Shown here in pieces: positions 52,037 through 64,000 of a DNA stretch of 64,000 bases (its first letter is position 1; each line of letters opens with the position of its first letter). A program made the translations under genes and the position numbers. Source of the stretch: Octopus vulgaris (Eukaryota); assembly GCA_951406725.2 (NCBI GenBank), contig OX597815.1:204352001-204416000 (forward strand). Direction: 5' to 3'. The notes below the pieces were generated by a model. It made no database searches. It saw only the letters and a list, made by a program, of their open reading frames with translations, and was not told where the DNA came from.

Positions 52037-52276
52037 CAACTGATGAAGGGAATGTTATTTATGTTGCATGTCTCGTTTCTCTGGTTTTTTTCGTTCTTCG
52101 AAAAAAAAGTTCGTTTTCTGTGTTTTCTTTGTTTTTGTTTTTTGTTTTAGTTTCTCATTGTGTCTATGTTTTTTTTTATGTACTGTACCCATATATACAT
52201 GTATATATACTTATATATGTAGGTATGTACATATATGTATGAATATATGCATATATTTATATATTATGTATATTAT

Positions 52277-52312
<36 letters not shown>

Positions 52313-52585
52313 CGCACATATATACATGTACATATATATATATGCACACATGCGTATACATATGTACATAGGTATGCACATTCAGATGTATGTATCTTTC
52401 ATTCATTCAGACATACACCCACGCATGCGCACTCACGCATACACCCACATATTTTTAAAAGGGGGAGAAATATTTATAATGTTTCTTTGCCACTTTAAGT
52501 CGAAGTTTCTTAAGAACGGAATTCTTTCCTCTAATTGTTTATACAAGTACTTTGGTCTCTTCAGAATTCCAGAGAACTACGATAA

Positions 52586-52683
<98 letters not shown>

Positions 52684-52772
52684 GAATGCTGCATTGAATA
52701 AATTTGTCCTAAATACACTATATCAGAAGCAAAGATGAGAGTCTTTTATCATAGAGAGACTTTTATCATAAA

Positions 52773-53008
52773 CTAGCAGTATCGCCCGGCGTTGCTCGGG
52801 TTTGTAAGGGAAATAACTTTATAAGCATTTTTAGAGAGTTACTTCCCTTATATAATAGCAAAAAAAATGCATTAAAAATGGGGAAAAATTATGGTAATTT
52901 TTTTTTTAAATCGTAGACTCATTGTAGACGCGCGCTAATACCCAGAAGGGCTCGATATGAATCACGACTATAAAATACCCGCTTTTGGTTCACTTTTATA
53001 TATATAGA
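52773..53008 (-). mobile_element. Non-autonomous Helitron H1 (internal deletion)
   Basis: Both termini present on the minus strand. Confidence 0.88.
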
Positions 53009-53081
53009 TTTGTTAAACTAGAGCTGACCCCGAAACAAAACAACAGTTACAACAACGAATGAGTATGACCAATAATAACTA

Positions 53082-53673
53082 GGCTAAGTGGGAAGCTGGC
53101 AGAAACGTTAGCACGCCGGGCGAAATACTTAGCGGTATTTCGTCTGCCTTTACGTTCTGAGTTCAAATTCCGCCGAGGTCGACTCTGCCTTTCATCCTTT
53201 CGGGGTCGATAAATTAAGTACCAGTTACGCACTGGGGTCGATATAATCGACTTAATACCTATGTCTGTCCTTGTTTGTCCCCTCTGTGTTTAGCCCCTTG
53301 TGGGTAATAAAGAAATAGGAAATAGGTATTTCGTCTGCCGTTACGTTCTGAGTTCAAATTCCACCAAGGTCGACTTTGCCTTTCATCCTTTCGGGGTCGA
53401 TAAATTAAGTACCAGTTACGCACTGGGATCGATGTAATCGATTTAATCCGTTTGTCTGTCCTTGTTTGTCCCTTCTGTGTTTAGCCCCTTGTGGGCAGTA
53501 AAGAAATAGGCATTTCGTCTGTCTTTGCGTTCTGAGTTCAAATTCCGCCGAGGTCGACTTTGCCTTTCATCCTTTCGGGGTCGATAAATTAAGTACCAGT
53601 TACGTACTGGGGTCGATCTAATCGACTGGTCCCCTCCCCCAAAATTTCGGGCCTTGTGCCCAGAGTAGAAAAG
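53082..53673 (+). mobile_element. SINE family B trimer (one head + three bodies)
   Basis: Three Meta-like bodies; TSD AATAATAACTA at 53071-53081 and 53674-53684. Confidence 0.9.
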
Positions 53674-55038
53674 AATAATAACTAAGTTACTCATTACTTT
53701 AAAAGGTTTTTGTTATTCGTTTGTTTTGTTTTGTTTTCTTTCTGTTTTCAGTCTTCCTCAATTGCATGTAGTTTACACGTACTATGTACAACTGTTTTGG
53801 ATAATTTGAGCCCAGAATTGCAGACCAATGAAGTATTTGAATTGCGTGGAATGTTGGAACTGTGATGGGGACGATGTGAATGTACGCTGATACAAATTTT
53901 TAACACTTTATCTATAATATAAATTGGACATGGGCGATCGTTGTATTCTTTCTTGTCTTGAGGTTCACAGCCAAACGGCTGGGTGGAATCGCGTGAAAAA
54001 TGGCACACAGGTAGAGATCGGTCCATAGATTGGAATGCAGTTTGTATTTTTTCCCTAGCCCCCACACTTACTGAGAAAATCGATCTGAAGCTGTTTTCTA
54101 ACAGGGGTGGGGAAAGAAATGTTCATACAGCTGGAGGTTCCAATCAAACCAGGGGACTCGAAATGATAAGATTGAGAAATGCTGTTATAGATTATGCCTG
54201 ACCGAAAACGATGACAGCCACATCATCCAAACAGACCGAGTGAAACCGGGCTTAGCTGCTAGTAATACATAATTGAATGAGAAAATACCTGAAAATGTGT
54301 TTGGGGTAAAAACAGGTGATAGTTTAAATTGTCGTTAACATTAGTCTTTGTGAGGGATCCTAGTTTTTTGTCGGAATTTCTGAGAGGAGGAATTATCATT
54401 ATAATATAGTAATATATTCGGACTGATGATCCCATCGTAGTTGAAGCGGCCATAGTACCCACCACTTTTCTTCGGGTACCTGTCGTATTTGGGATAATGG
54501 GATAGTGAATATAAGTCTTAATTAAATCTTAAGTTTAAAAGTTTAGGTAGAAAGCGTGAATTTAATCCTGTTATCAGTCAAACAACATAGTCTCCGGTTC
54601 AAATAGTACAAGCAAGTGGTATCCCACGTAGGAGACCATCCTTGGTATGAACCACAGAATGTTAACAATGTACTCTATAGATTTATTAAAGGTCTCATTT
54701 CAAAATTCCGTGAACGTTAGGGAATGCAACAGGAACCCGAAGAAAGCTGAATAGTAAAACAGTCGTGAGGTTATGACCATAATAGCCAAGGTGAGGACAC
54801 TACTACGAATATATCAGTGTATCTTGGTTCCTATTAGATCTTGATAAATTCAGTTGCTGTGAGATAGCTGATAAAAGAAGCGTGCTGTATTGGCTAAATA
54901 TGCGGAGATCAACCTCTCGTAATACAACGCAACAACGACACATAAAACCATCTGAAATTTAGTTTATTTCTTTCTTAATTACCAGTTTTCTTTCTTTTTT
55001 TCTGTACAAATAACATAAAATTACAAATTTATTTCAAA

Positions 55039-55341
55039 CTAGCAGTATCGCCCGGCGTTGCTCGGGTTTGTAAGGGAAATAACTATATAAGCATTTTTAG
55101 AGAGTCACTTCCTTTATATAAACACGAGCAAAAATGCATTAAAAATGCGGAAAAATTATGGTGAATTTTTTTTTTAATCGTAGACTCATCGTAGACGCGC
55201 GCTAATACCCAGAACGGCTCGATATGAATCACGACTATAAGATACCCGCTTTTGGTTAAACTGCACCGCAAAATGTGGGAGTAGCTAGGAATCTAAATCG
55301 GAGTAGACATACACACACAATTTCAGTTTTATATATAAAGA
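55039..55341 (-). mobile_element. Non-autonomous Helitron H1
   Basis: Both termini present on the minus strand. Confidence 0.9.
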
Positions 55342-55677
55342 TTTGTATGCAAATGTGAATTTTTGCAAAAGCAAAAGGACTGAAAAGTCACTGAACCGCA
55401 ACAGCTCTTTGTCTCGCCATTCGTACCATCTGTCGCATAATTATCTTATCAGAAAAGGACAATGACGTCATAATTAACGACCAACGATATACAAACACAA
55501 CACGTGTTCTCTGTTGCTAAAATTGAACAAAGGCTCAAAATTAGGTCGTGGACGTTACTTTTAATTTGCAAGTGCTCTGATGAAAATATTTCACTCCTAC
55601 TATTACATTCAATAATTCCAAATTATTCCACGTACATTGATGGTAATGATTAAGTTTTTGACAAAATGTTATATATA

Positions 55678-56092
55678 GGCGCAGGAGTGGCTGTGTGGTA
55701 AGTAGCTTGTTTACCAACCACATGGTTCCGGGTTCAGTCCCACTGCGTGGCACCTTGGGCAAGTCTCTTCTACTATAGCCTCGGGCCGACCGAAGCCCTG
55801 TGAGTGGATTTGGTAGACGGAAACTGAAAGAAGCCCGTCGTATATATGTATATATATATATATGCGTGTGTGTGTTTGTGTGTCTGTGTTTGTCCCCTAG
55901 CATTGCTTGACAACCGATGCTGGTGTGTTTATGTCCCCGTAACTTAGCGGTTCGGCAAAAGAGACCGATAAAATAAGTACTGGGCTTACAAAAGAATAAG
56001 TCCCGGGGTCGAGTTGCTCGATTAAAGGCGGTGCTCCAGCATGGCCGCAGTCAAAAGACTGAAACAAGTAAAAGAGTAAAAGAGTAAAGAGT
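55678..56092 (+). mobile_element. SINE family A
   Basis: Complete unit. Confidence 0.93.
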
Positions 56093-56392
56093 ATGTATCT
56101 TAGAACTAAGCAAATATCATCAGAGAGAAAATCAATAGATATACCTCACTATAACTATATAAAAGAAAAAAGCATTTTGGATTTTTTCAAAAGTACCGTT
56201 ATCACACAGTCTCCTCAACCAGACGCAGAAACTATTTCTGAGCGTCAGTGGATGAAAAAAACTGAGCAGTGTACGTAGAAACTGAGCTGATGATATATCA
56301 CAGAACATCCGCTTTGTGTAGTATATGTAGAAGTAAACTTTAAGAGTATTCTTGATAAGGAAATCAATGTTAGAATATCTAAGGCTACAAAT

Positions 56393-56720
56393 GGCGCAAT
56401 GGCTCAGTGGTTAGGGCAGCAGACTTGCGATCGGAGGATCGCGGTTTCGATTCCCAGACCGGGCGTTGTGTGTGTTTATTGAGCGAAAACACCTAAAAGC
56501 TCCACGATGCTCCGGCAGGGGGTGGTGGCGACCCCTGATGTACTCTTTAGTAACGGCGGTGCCCCAGCATGGCCACAGCCCGTGAACTGAAACTAGATAA
56601 AATTTAGAAAAACACGAATAAAATATATGTATGTATGAACGGTACGAGAAGAAATATCTATGTTTTTAACGGCGGTGCATCAGCATGGCCGCAGCTCTGA
56701 GCTGAAACTAGAGAAAAAAA
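56393..56720 (+). mobile_element. Chimeric SINE: family C head joined to a family A-like tail (tail present twice)
   Basis: C-type head to GTACTCTTT, then AACGGCGGTGCCCCAGCATGGCC...CTGAAACTAGA, repeated at ~56668. Confidence 0.75.
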
Positions 56721-56791
56721 AAATGCTTTGGGGAAACTTTTCTCATCGTCTGTCGGATGGTCGGATGAACACGGTGCCAGTCTGAAAACTG

Positions 56792-57202
56792 GGATCTTTT
56801 CGGTTTGAACGGCAGTTTCTTTCTAGCGGTGTCATATGAAATTGTCACCCTAGTATCGATCTATTGCATTTCAATCTCTTTTAGGGTTAGGGTTAGTTAG
56901 GGTTAGGGGTGGGGGAAGGGTATCTTTTTTCTTCACAAATGTAAATAAACCCAATCTGTTTCTTAAACGAGCGACATATTCATACGGCACAGATGCTTTT
57001 TAACTCAATAGACGTCATTGATTGGTTGAAATTGCAGAAATTGAAGAAAAAAACAACAAATATCTTACAAACTATAGAATTTTCTCTATAAAGCCAAGAG
57101 AAAAAGATGTTTTATAAATACATTCTACCAGTATACGAAGTTTAAAATTTTTTAGTTACCTAGAAATTATGTTAAAAACTGCCGTTCAAACCGAAAAGAT
57201 CC
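56792..57202. mobile_element. MITE with 27-bp perfect TIRs and internal (TTAGGG)n
   Basis: GGATCTTTTCGGTTTGAACGGCAGTTT ... AAACTGCCGTTCAAACCGAAAAGATCC; flanks GAAAACTG/GGAAACTA suggest a decayed 8-bp TSD (Merlin-like is inference). Confidence 0.88.
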
Positions 57203-57492
57203 GGAAACTAAAATAAGTGTATACAAATCTTGTATTTTGAGTACTCTTATTTCATGGGGCAGAAGCGTGGACTCCCTATTTCAGACAAATAAAGAAGCTC
57301 GAAACCTTTCACATGTGCTGTCTGCGCAAAATCTGCAACATAAAATGGCAAGACAAAATACTTATTGTGACATCTCAGAAAAACGTGATATTTGCAGTAT
57401 CAAATGCCTGCTGCTGAGAATTCAGTGCAGATGAGTTGCATTCCGAGAATTATTTCGTATAGCCAACAGGTACAGGGATACGCGGTAATGGA

Positions 57493-57724
57493 AGGCGGCG
57501 AGCTGGCAGAAACGTTAGCACGCCGGGCGAAATACTTAGCGGTATTTCGTCTGCCTTTACGTTCTGAGTTCAAATTCCGCCGAGGTCGACTTTGCCTTTC
57601 ATCCTTTCGGGGTCGATAAATTAAGTACCAGTTACGAACTGGGGTCGATGTAATCGACTTAATACCTATGTCTGTCCTTGTTTGTCCCCTCTGTGTTTAG
57701 CCCCTTGTGGGTAATAAAGAAATG
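57493..57724 (+). mobile_element. SINE family B monomer
   Basis: TSD GGTAATGGAAG at 57484-57494 and 57725-57735. Confidence 0.92.
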
Positions 57725-58057
57725 GGTAATGGAAGTCCTGTCCTTAAGTATAAGGCTAAGTTGTAGCAGTCACTGAAGTCTCCACAGTATAATTTGACAT
57801 CTTGCGAAAATTGCTGTCTGGATCGATCTGCATGGCGTAAAATGTGTCATGATGCATGAAAAAAAATTTGAGTTGAAGAAACAGAACAATAAAAGAATTA
57901 TATCCTGCAATCAACAAATACATTTTCCTAATTTCAGGCAAAACCAAAATCATCAGTGTCCCCTTTGTAACTTCATAGCAAATTCCATACCTGGACTCAA
58001 ATTGCATTCACCCATCTATTGCAAACAGGCGCAGCTTCTTTCATTTTGAAAGTTGTT

Positions 58058-58150
<93 letters not shown>

Positions 58151-58492
58151 CTATCTATCTCTTTCTCTCTCATCTATTTAAATTCTCTCCTTCAAACACT
58201 CAATTCGAAATCGACGCGAGTGAGCATCGTCATCATCACCATCAGTAGTAGTAGTAGTAGTAGTAGTAGTAAGGTGGTGAGATTTTAGCGACTTTTCGTC
58301 TGTCTTTAGATCTTTAGATTCTGAGTTCAAATTCCATCGAGGTCAACAGCGCGTTTCATTTTTTCAAGGTCAACAAAATAGGTTAAATTATTCTTAAACT
58401 TGGATCTTTCTACTGTGCCGTGGTAACACAGGTTTGCCATTTTGAAAGATGTTTCATCAGAGGCTAGTTTGTAAACACGTCCTCCAATGCTA

Positions 58493-58703
58493 TACTCTTT
58501 TACTCTTTTACTTGTTTCAGTCATTTGACTGCGGCCATGCTGGAGCACCGCCTTTAGTCGAGCAAATCGACCCCGGGACTTATTCTTTGTAAGCCCAGTA
58601 TTAATTATATTGGTCTCTTTTGCCGAACCGCTAAGTGACGGGGACGTAAACACACCAGCATCGGTTGTCAGGCAATGCTAGGGGGACAAACACAGACACA
58701 CAA

Positions 58704-58735
<32 letters not shown>

Positions 58736-58927
58736 GTATGTATATATATATATATACATATATATGACAGGCTTCTTTCAGTTTCCGTCCACCAAATCCA
58801 CTCACAAGGCATTGGTCGGCCCAGGGCTATAGCAGAAGACACTTGCCCAAGATGCCACGCAGTGGGACTGAACCCGGAACCATGTGGTTGGTTAGCAAGC
58901 TACTTACCACACAGCCACTCCTGCGCT
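58493..58927 (-). mobile_element. SINE family A
   Basis: Complete unit. Confidence 0.93.
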
Positions 58928-59218
58928 ATATATAATTGTTTAAGTATTGATGGTGGATTGATTCAAAACATCGTATAAAATACAACATATTTTCATAAAT
59001 TTAAAATTCCATTTCCTTATGAGCGCTTAAAAACCTATATAAACCACAATAATTAATCATTTCTCTATAAATCAACGTATCTAGTTTCATTTCATGGAAG
59101 GTATTAGTAAGAGAATCGATTATTTATGATTGAATTTTTTCGGAGATCTCTTCAGATTTCAGGGAATTTTGATCTTCTGTTTGTCGTTATGTCTTGTACC
59201 AATCTGTAGAATAGTAGA

Positions 59219-59605
59219 GGAGGCGCAATGGCCCAGTGGTTAGGGCAGCGGACTCGCGGTCATAGGATCGCGGTTTCGATTCCCAGACCGGGCGTTGTGA
59301 GTGTTTAATGAGCGAAAACACCTAAAAGCTCCACGAGGCTCCGGCAGGGGATGGTGGTGATCCCTGCTGTACTCTTTCACCACAACTTTCTCTCACTCTT
59401 ACTTCCTGTTTCTGTTGTACCTGTATTTCAAAGGGCCGGCCTTGTCACTCTCTGTGTCACGTTGAATATCCCCGAGAACTACGTTAAGGGTGCACGTGTC
59501 TGTGGAGTGCTCAGCCACTTACACATTAATTTCACGAGCAGCCTGTTCCGTTGATTCGGATCAACCGGAACCCTCATCGTCGTAACCGACGGAGTGCTTC
59601 CATCC
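59219..59605 (+). mobile_element. SINE family C, full length
   Basis: TSD AGAATAGTAGA at 59208-59218 and 59606-59616. Confidence 0.93.
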
Positions 59606-60519
59606 AGAATAGTAGAATTAGAAATAGAACATCCTTAGTACAGTATTTATATATTTGAAAAAGCCAATAGAAATGACTTTTCTAATCATTTTTCCACTTT
59701 AATAATTAGATGTTTAAAAATTATAAGGTGTTCACAAATCATAACTCTTGTGAATTTCTCATTTAAAAGCGGTTTTTACACTGTTATTTTAGAGTTTGAT
59801 ATCCATTTAGTAGGTGGATAGGGCTGCTGAATCCATATGTGTATGCGGAGGCGTGGTTGTGTAGTAAGAAGCTTGTTCAAGGTTCATTTCCCCTGCATGG
59901 CACCTTGGGCAAGTGTTTCCAACAACAGCCTCAGGCCGACCAAAGCCTTGTGAGCGGACTTGGTAGACGGAACTGAAAGAAGCCTCCCAAACAACACTAA
60001 CTGTAGTGCTGTTGACACTGCTGGATTGAATGTACTGTCCAGGTGTCGAAACCATAATGATATCCGCGGGGCAGCTGATGGTGGAGGTATGTTGGATTGT
60101 TGGTATGGCTGTGGATTAGTATTATAGCTCATACTTTTGATATATATATATATATCCTTATTGGAATCAGGATGATCCCGGGATTGAAAATTTGCCCTTC
60201 ATTTGGTTCTTGAACATCCAGCATTAGGATCTGATTAAAAAGCATTTGGGTTGCTATTTCTAGCAGGTAAAATGACCGCAAGAGGTTTCAGAGCCATGAG
60301 GAAAATAGTCGTTCTTTTATCTTTTTTCAGTCATCAGACTGCGACCACGCTGGGGCACCGTATTGAAGAATTTTAATCGAACAAATCGAAACCAGTTCTT
60401 TTTTTTATGTCTGGTACTTTTTTATTGACTTCTTTACCGAACTGCTAAGTTACGTGAACGTAAACACACCAACACAAGTCATCAATAGGAGTTGGGGGAC
60501 AAACACAGACACAGATACA

Positions 60520-60568
<49 letters not shown>

Positions 60569-60585
60569 TAGATAGATAGACAGAC

Positions 60586-60666
<81 letters not shown>

Positions 60667-61130
60667 TCTTCTATAATAACTACTGAGCTTCTTAATTCTT
60701 TGGATCCTCCTGGAATGCCTTCTCACAAACTGACCTTGAAGAAAGGAGTTTCAATCATGCTTTTGAGAAATCTGGATGCACCAAAGCTGTGCGATGGAAC
60801 AAGACAGATTGTCAGGCAAATGTATCCGCATCTTTTGGAAGCAACAATCCTCACTGGACAAGGAAAGGGAGAAAATGTGTTTATTCCAAGAATTTCACTG
60901 ATTCCAGCAGACATGCCCTTTAAATTCAAGAGACTTCAATTGCGAGTAAGAGTTAATTTTGCAATGTCAGTTAACAAGAGCCAAGGGCAATCACTGAAAA
61001 TTGTTGGACTTCACTTCATGCAGCAGTGCTTTTTCCACTGTCAGCTGTATGTTGGTTGTTCCAGAGTTGGAAATGGCAACAATCTCTCCGTACTCACACC
61101 AAATGATAAAATCCAAGAGTATTGTTTATC
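60667..61130 (+). pseudogene. Helitron RepHel Pif1-like helicase C-terminal fragment
   Basis: [27 protein letters not shown]...LCDGTR...VFIPRI...FKRLQ...FAMSVNKSQGQSL...QLYVGCSRV; intronless, N-terminus absent, conserved residues substituted. Confidence 0.9.
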
Positions 61131-61361
61131 CTGCTGCTTTACAGCCATCTCCGAATGCCACAGTGATACAAAGAGGACATTAAAACATTCGGACAGACAG
61201 ACGATACAAAGGCGGACAAGAGAAACAACAATTAGAAGGACAGGCAAGAAAAGACGGGTCATTCGTGGCTTTCTTTCCTCAGTAATGTGGAGGAAAAGAG
61301 GGAGAGGAATAGGGAGATAATGGAGGGAGAAAGTGAGAGAGAGTGTGTGTGTATGTTTGTT

Positions 61362-61412
<51 letters not shown>

Positions 61413-61883
61413 CTGAAAGGGTGTCTTTTGAACAAGAGATAAAGGAAAAGAATATATATTTTTAAGTAGGTGGCTAGAACAGATACTTACTTTGCTTCAG
61501 GGGGTCTGAAAGAAAAATGTTTTCAAAGTGAAAAAATGTGATTTTTCTTAAAGAAAGGAAGGAAGGAAGGAAGAAAGAAAAAATGTGTTTATATCTATTC
61601 AAGATGACAAGTTGATTCTTGGTCTGTGAAAATGGCAAGACCAGGTGGTTACTCTAAGGGTGGTCTGTTTCGATGAGGAATAATGAAAGTTATTTTTCAA
61701 AAAAAATTGTCTGGACTTATCATCATCGTGATTGTCCAACGTTTGATTCCCATGCCGGTATGGGTCGGAAAATCTGGATGCAAGAATGTATCTATTTATG
61801 TATGTACATACACATACACACATATGCACATATCTTAGGGTTCCAGATGAGTTTATAAGGAAGTTGATGGGATTTTCATATTT

Positions 61884-62225
61884 TCAGCCATTCAGTTTGG
61901 AGGAGAATTTTGCTATGAAGTGTTGTTCCATATCTTTTCTGAAGAAGGTGTCATTCCTAGGCATTTATAGAAGGGAAAGATCTTGAATCTTCCTTCTCCA
62001 CATCTTTCTAAGAGTTTACTTAGTGGAATTTTTTGTAGCTCTCCCTGTCGGACATGTTACCGGTGAATGCTGGCTCGCTGGCTTATGCCAACGAGCAAGA
62101 ATTGCCGGTTTCACCTATATAGTTCTCCTTGCATGTGGGAGCTTTGTGTCTTGCAATTCCTGTTTGCAAACATGTTCAGCTGTTTGTTTATGCCTTTTTC
62201 TTGTTGTTGATGTATCTCTACTCTG
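61884..62225 (-). mobile_element. Penelope-like GIY-YIG endonuclease remnant (second family)
   Basis: Minus strand PTCKENYIGETGN...IHR*HVR...KIPLSKLLERCGEGRFKIFPFYKC...EQHFIAKFSSKLNG*, frameshifted. Confidence 0.72.
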
Positions 62226-62830
62226 ACAATACAAATGCTATATGTCTGTTTGTCTGTCTATTTCTTTCTCTCCTCCCCCCTCTCTCTCTTTGTCACTCTC
62301 TTTTATCTTTCTTTATCTTTCTCTTTCTCTCCCTCTCTCTTTCAATGTAGCTGCCTCCCCAGTCCATCTCTTTCTATCTGCCTTTCTTTAATCTCACTAC
62401 CAGAACATAACCCTTTGCAAAATATTGTATCCTAAACATATCACTTTCATTTTACCTTTCTTTCCCCACCCAACAGTACATCATCAACACCTCTCTCCCC
62501 ACTTTCTTTCTCTTTTCTCTCACCATCTTTTCCTCTCGCTCTTCGCCTCTCCCTTCAACTAAGCACGTGACACATTTGGCCTTATCATGCATTTTCCCTA
62601 CTTCTTCCTCACCTCTTTCTTCTCTACTCACATTCCTCTCTCTCTCTCTCTCTCTCTCTTTCCATTGTTCTCGCATTGTGCTCTTAAAACCCTAATTATT
62701 TAATCTGTCAAATTCTACATCATCTTTGGGTGAAACAGAGGTGAATCTAGACAAGCCTTTTCAATTCTAATTTCAGTGTTCTGGACGGCTTTAACACTGG
62801 TATATATTCAAAATACGTGTAGTAAAAATA

Positions 62831-63242
62831 CCTATTTCTTTACTACCCACAAGGGACTAAACACAGAGAGGACAAACAAGGACAAACAAACGGATTAAGT
62901 CGATTACATCGACCCCAGTGCGTAACTGGTACTTATTTAATCGACCCCGAAAGGATGAAAGGTAAAGTCGACCTCGGCGGAATTTGAACACAGAACGTAA
63001 CGGCAGACGAAATACCTATTTCTTTATTACCCACAAGGGGCCAAACACAGAGAGGACAAACAAGGACATACATAGGTATTAAGTTGATTACATCGACCCC
63101 AGTGCGTAACTGGTACTTATTTAATCGACCCCGAAAGGATGAAAGGCAAAGTCGACCTCGGCGGAGTTTGAACTCAGAACGTAACGGCAGACGAAATACC
63201 GCTAAGCATTTCGCCCGGCGTGCTAACGTTTCTGCCAGCTCT
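62831..63242 (-). mobile_element. SINE family B dimer (one head + two bodies)
   Basis: Two Meta-like bodies joined at GAAATAGG|TATTTC. Confidence 0.9.
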
Positions 63243-63395
63243 CTATGATTTTCGGCTAGTTCTGTTTTAACTTTTAAACAGTTTCTCCAATGACTTTCAG
63301 ACAATTTACTTGTCACCTTTAGTTACAAAGAACCTCGCCGACACTTAGTTTGCACACACGCACATAAAACAAAAGACTTTATATGAAAACACACT

Positions 63396-63795
63396 GGCGC
63401 AGGAGTGGCTGTGTGGTAAGTAGCTTGCTAACCAACCACATGGTTCCGGGTTCAGTCCCACTGCGTGGCATCTTGGACAATTGTCTTCTACTATAGCCTC
63501 GGGCCGACCAAACCCTTGTGAGTAGATTTGGTAGGCGGCAACTCAAAGAAGCCTGTCGTATGTATGTATATATATGTATGTGCGTGTGTATATGTTTGTG
63601 TGCCTGTGTTTGTCCCTCTTGCATTGCTTGACAACCGATGCTGGTGTGTTTACGTCCCCATCACTTAGCAGTTCGGCAAAAGAGACCGATAGAATAAGTA
63701 CAAAGAATAAGTCCCATGGTCGAGTTGCTCGACTAAAGGCGGTGCTCCAGCATGGTCGCAATCAAATGACTGAAACAAGTAAAAGAGTAAAGAGT
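63396..63795 (+). mobile_element. SINE family A
   Basis: Complete unit. Confidence 0.92.
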
Positions 63796-64000
63796 TATCC
63801 ACAATACCAGGTTTTGTGTTCTTTTTTCCGTCACAGTCATGTGAGTACTTAACTGAAAAGAGTCTGCTTTTAATATAAACTATCGTACATCAACTCATTT
63901 CATCTCATCCGGAAAGTATTAACTTATCACAGCTCACTCATTAACTTCTCCACATGTTACAGTCCACTTACTACGCACGCGCGCGTGTTTTGATATACAT

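Larger units (their letters stand above)
56350..57440 (+). mobile_element. RTE LINE C-terminal remnant, split by SINE and MITE insertions
   Basis: LDKEINVRISKAT | NA.GKL...SLKT | KISVYKSCILSTL...GAEAWTPYFRQIKKLETFHMCCLRKICNIKWQDKI. Confidence 0.85.

Noticed and set aside
56881-56908. TTAGGG repeats as a telomere or chromosome fusion scar
   Set aside because: Only about 4 imperfect units, internal to a TIR element.
59219-59295. tRNA-like sequence
   Set aside because: It is a SINE head continuing into a SINE body with a TSD, and has no proper acceptor stem.
60700-61320. Host PIF1 gene
   Set aside because: Intronless C-terminal fragment with Helitron-type motifs and degenerate conserved residues, running into unrelated repeat sequence.

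Overview
This is AT-rich, microsatellite-dense animal DNA, most likely intergenic or intronic sequence from an octopus or other coleoid cephalopod (inferred from the SINE families). I find no convincing host protein-coding exon; almost every ORF in the track is a microsatellite or SINE translation artefact. The window is a nested graveyard of mobile elements. It holds three abundant tRNA-derived SINE families (CORE-like family A, Meta-domain-like family B, tRNA-head family C) and a near full-length decayed RTE LINE, plus fragments of RTE, CR1, R4/Dong and HERO-like LINEs. DNA transposons include mariner, Tc1, a DD37D element, hAT-, piggyBac- and Merlin-like MITEs, and seven non-autonomous Helitrons plus a Helitron helicase fragment. 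Penelope-like element (PLE) remnants are also present. The most interesting signals are RNA-structural. Several type I hammerhead ribozymes can be folded by eye, including core variants (a G3:C8 swap seen in two copies, U3, C4), one with a ~85-nt insertion in stem II, and ribozymes placed in or across long fold-back palindromes. Family B SINEs also form head-plus-multiple-body multimers, two of them bracketed by a single target-site duplication (TSD). All calls were made by eye without tools; boundaries may be off by several bases.
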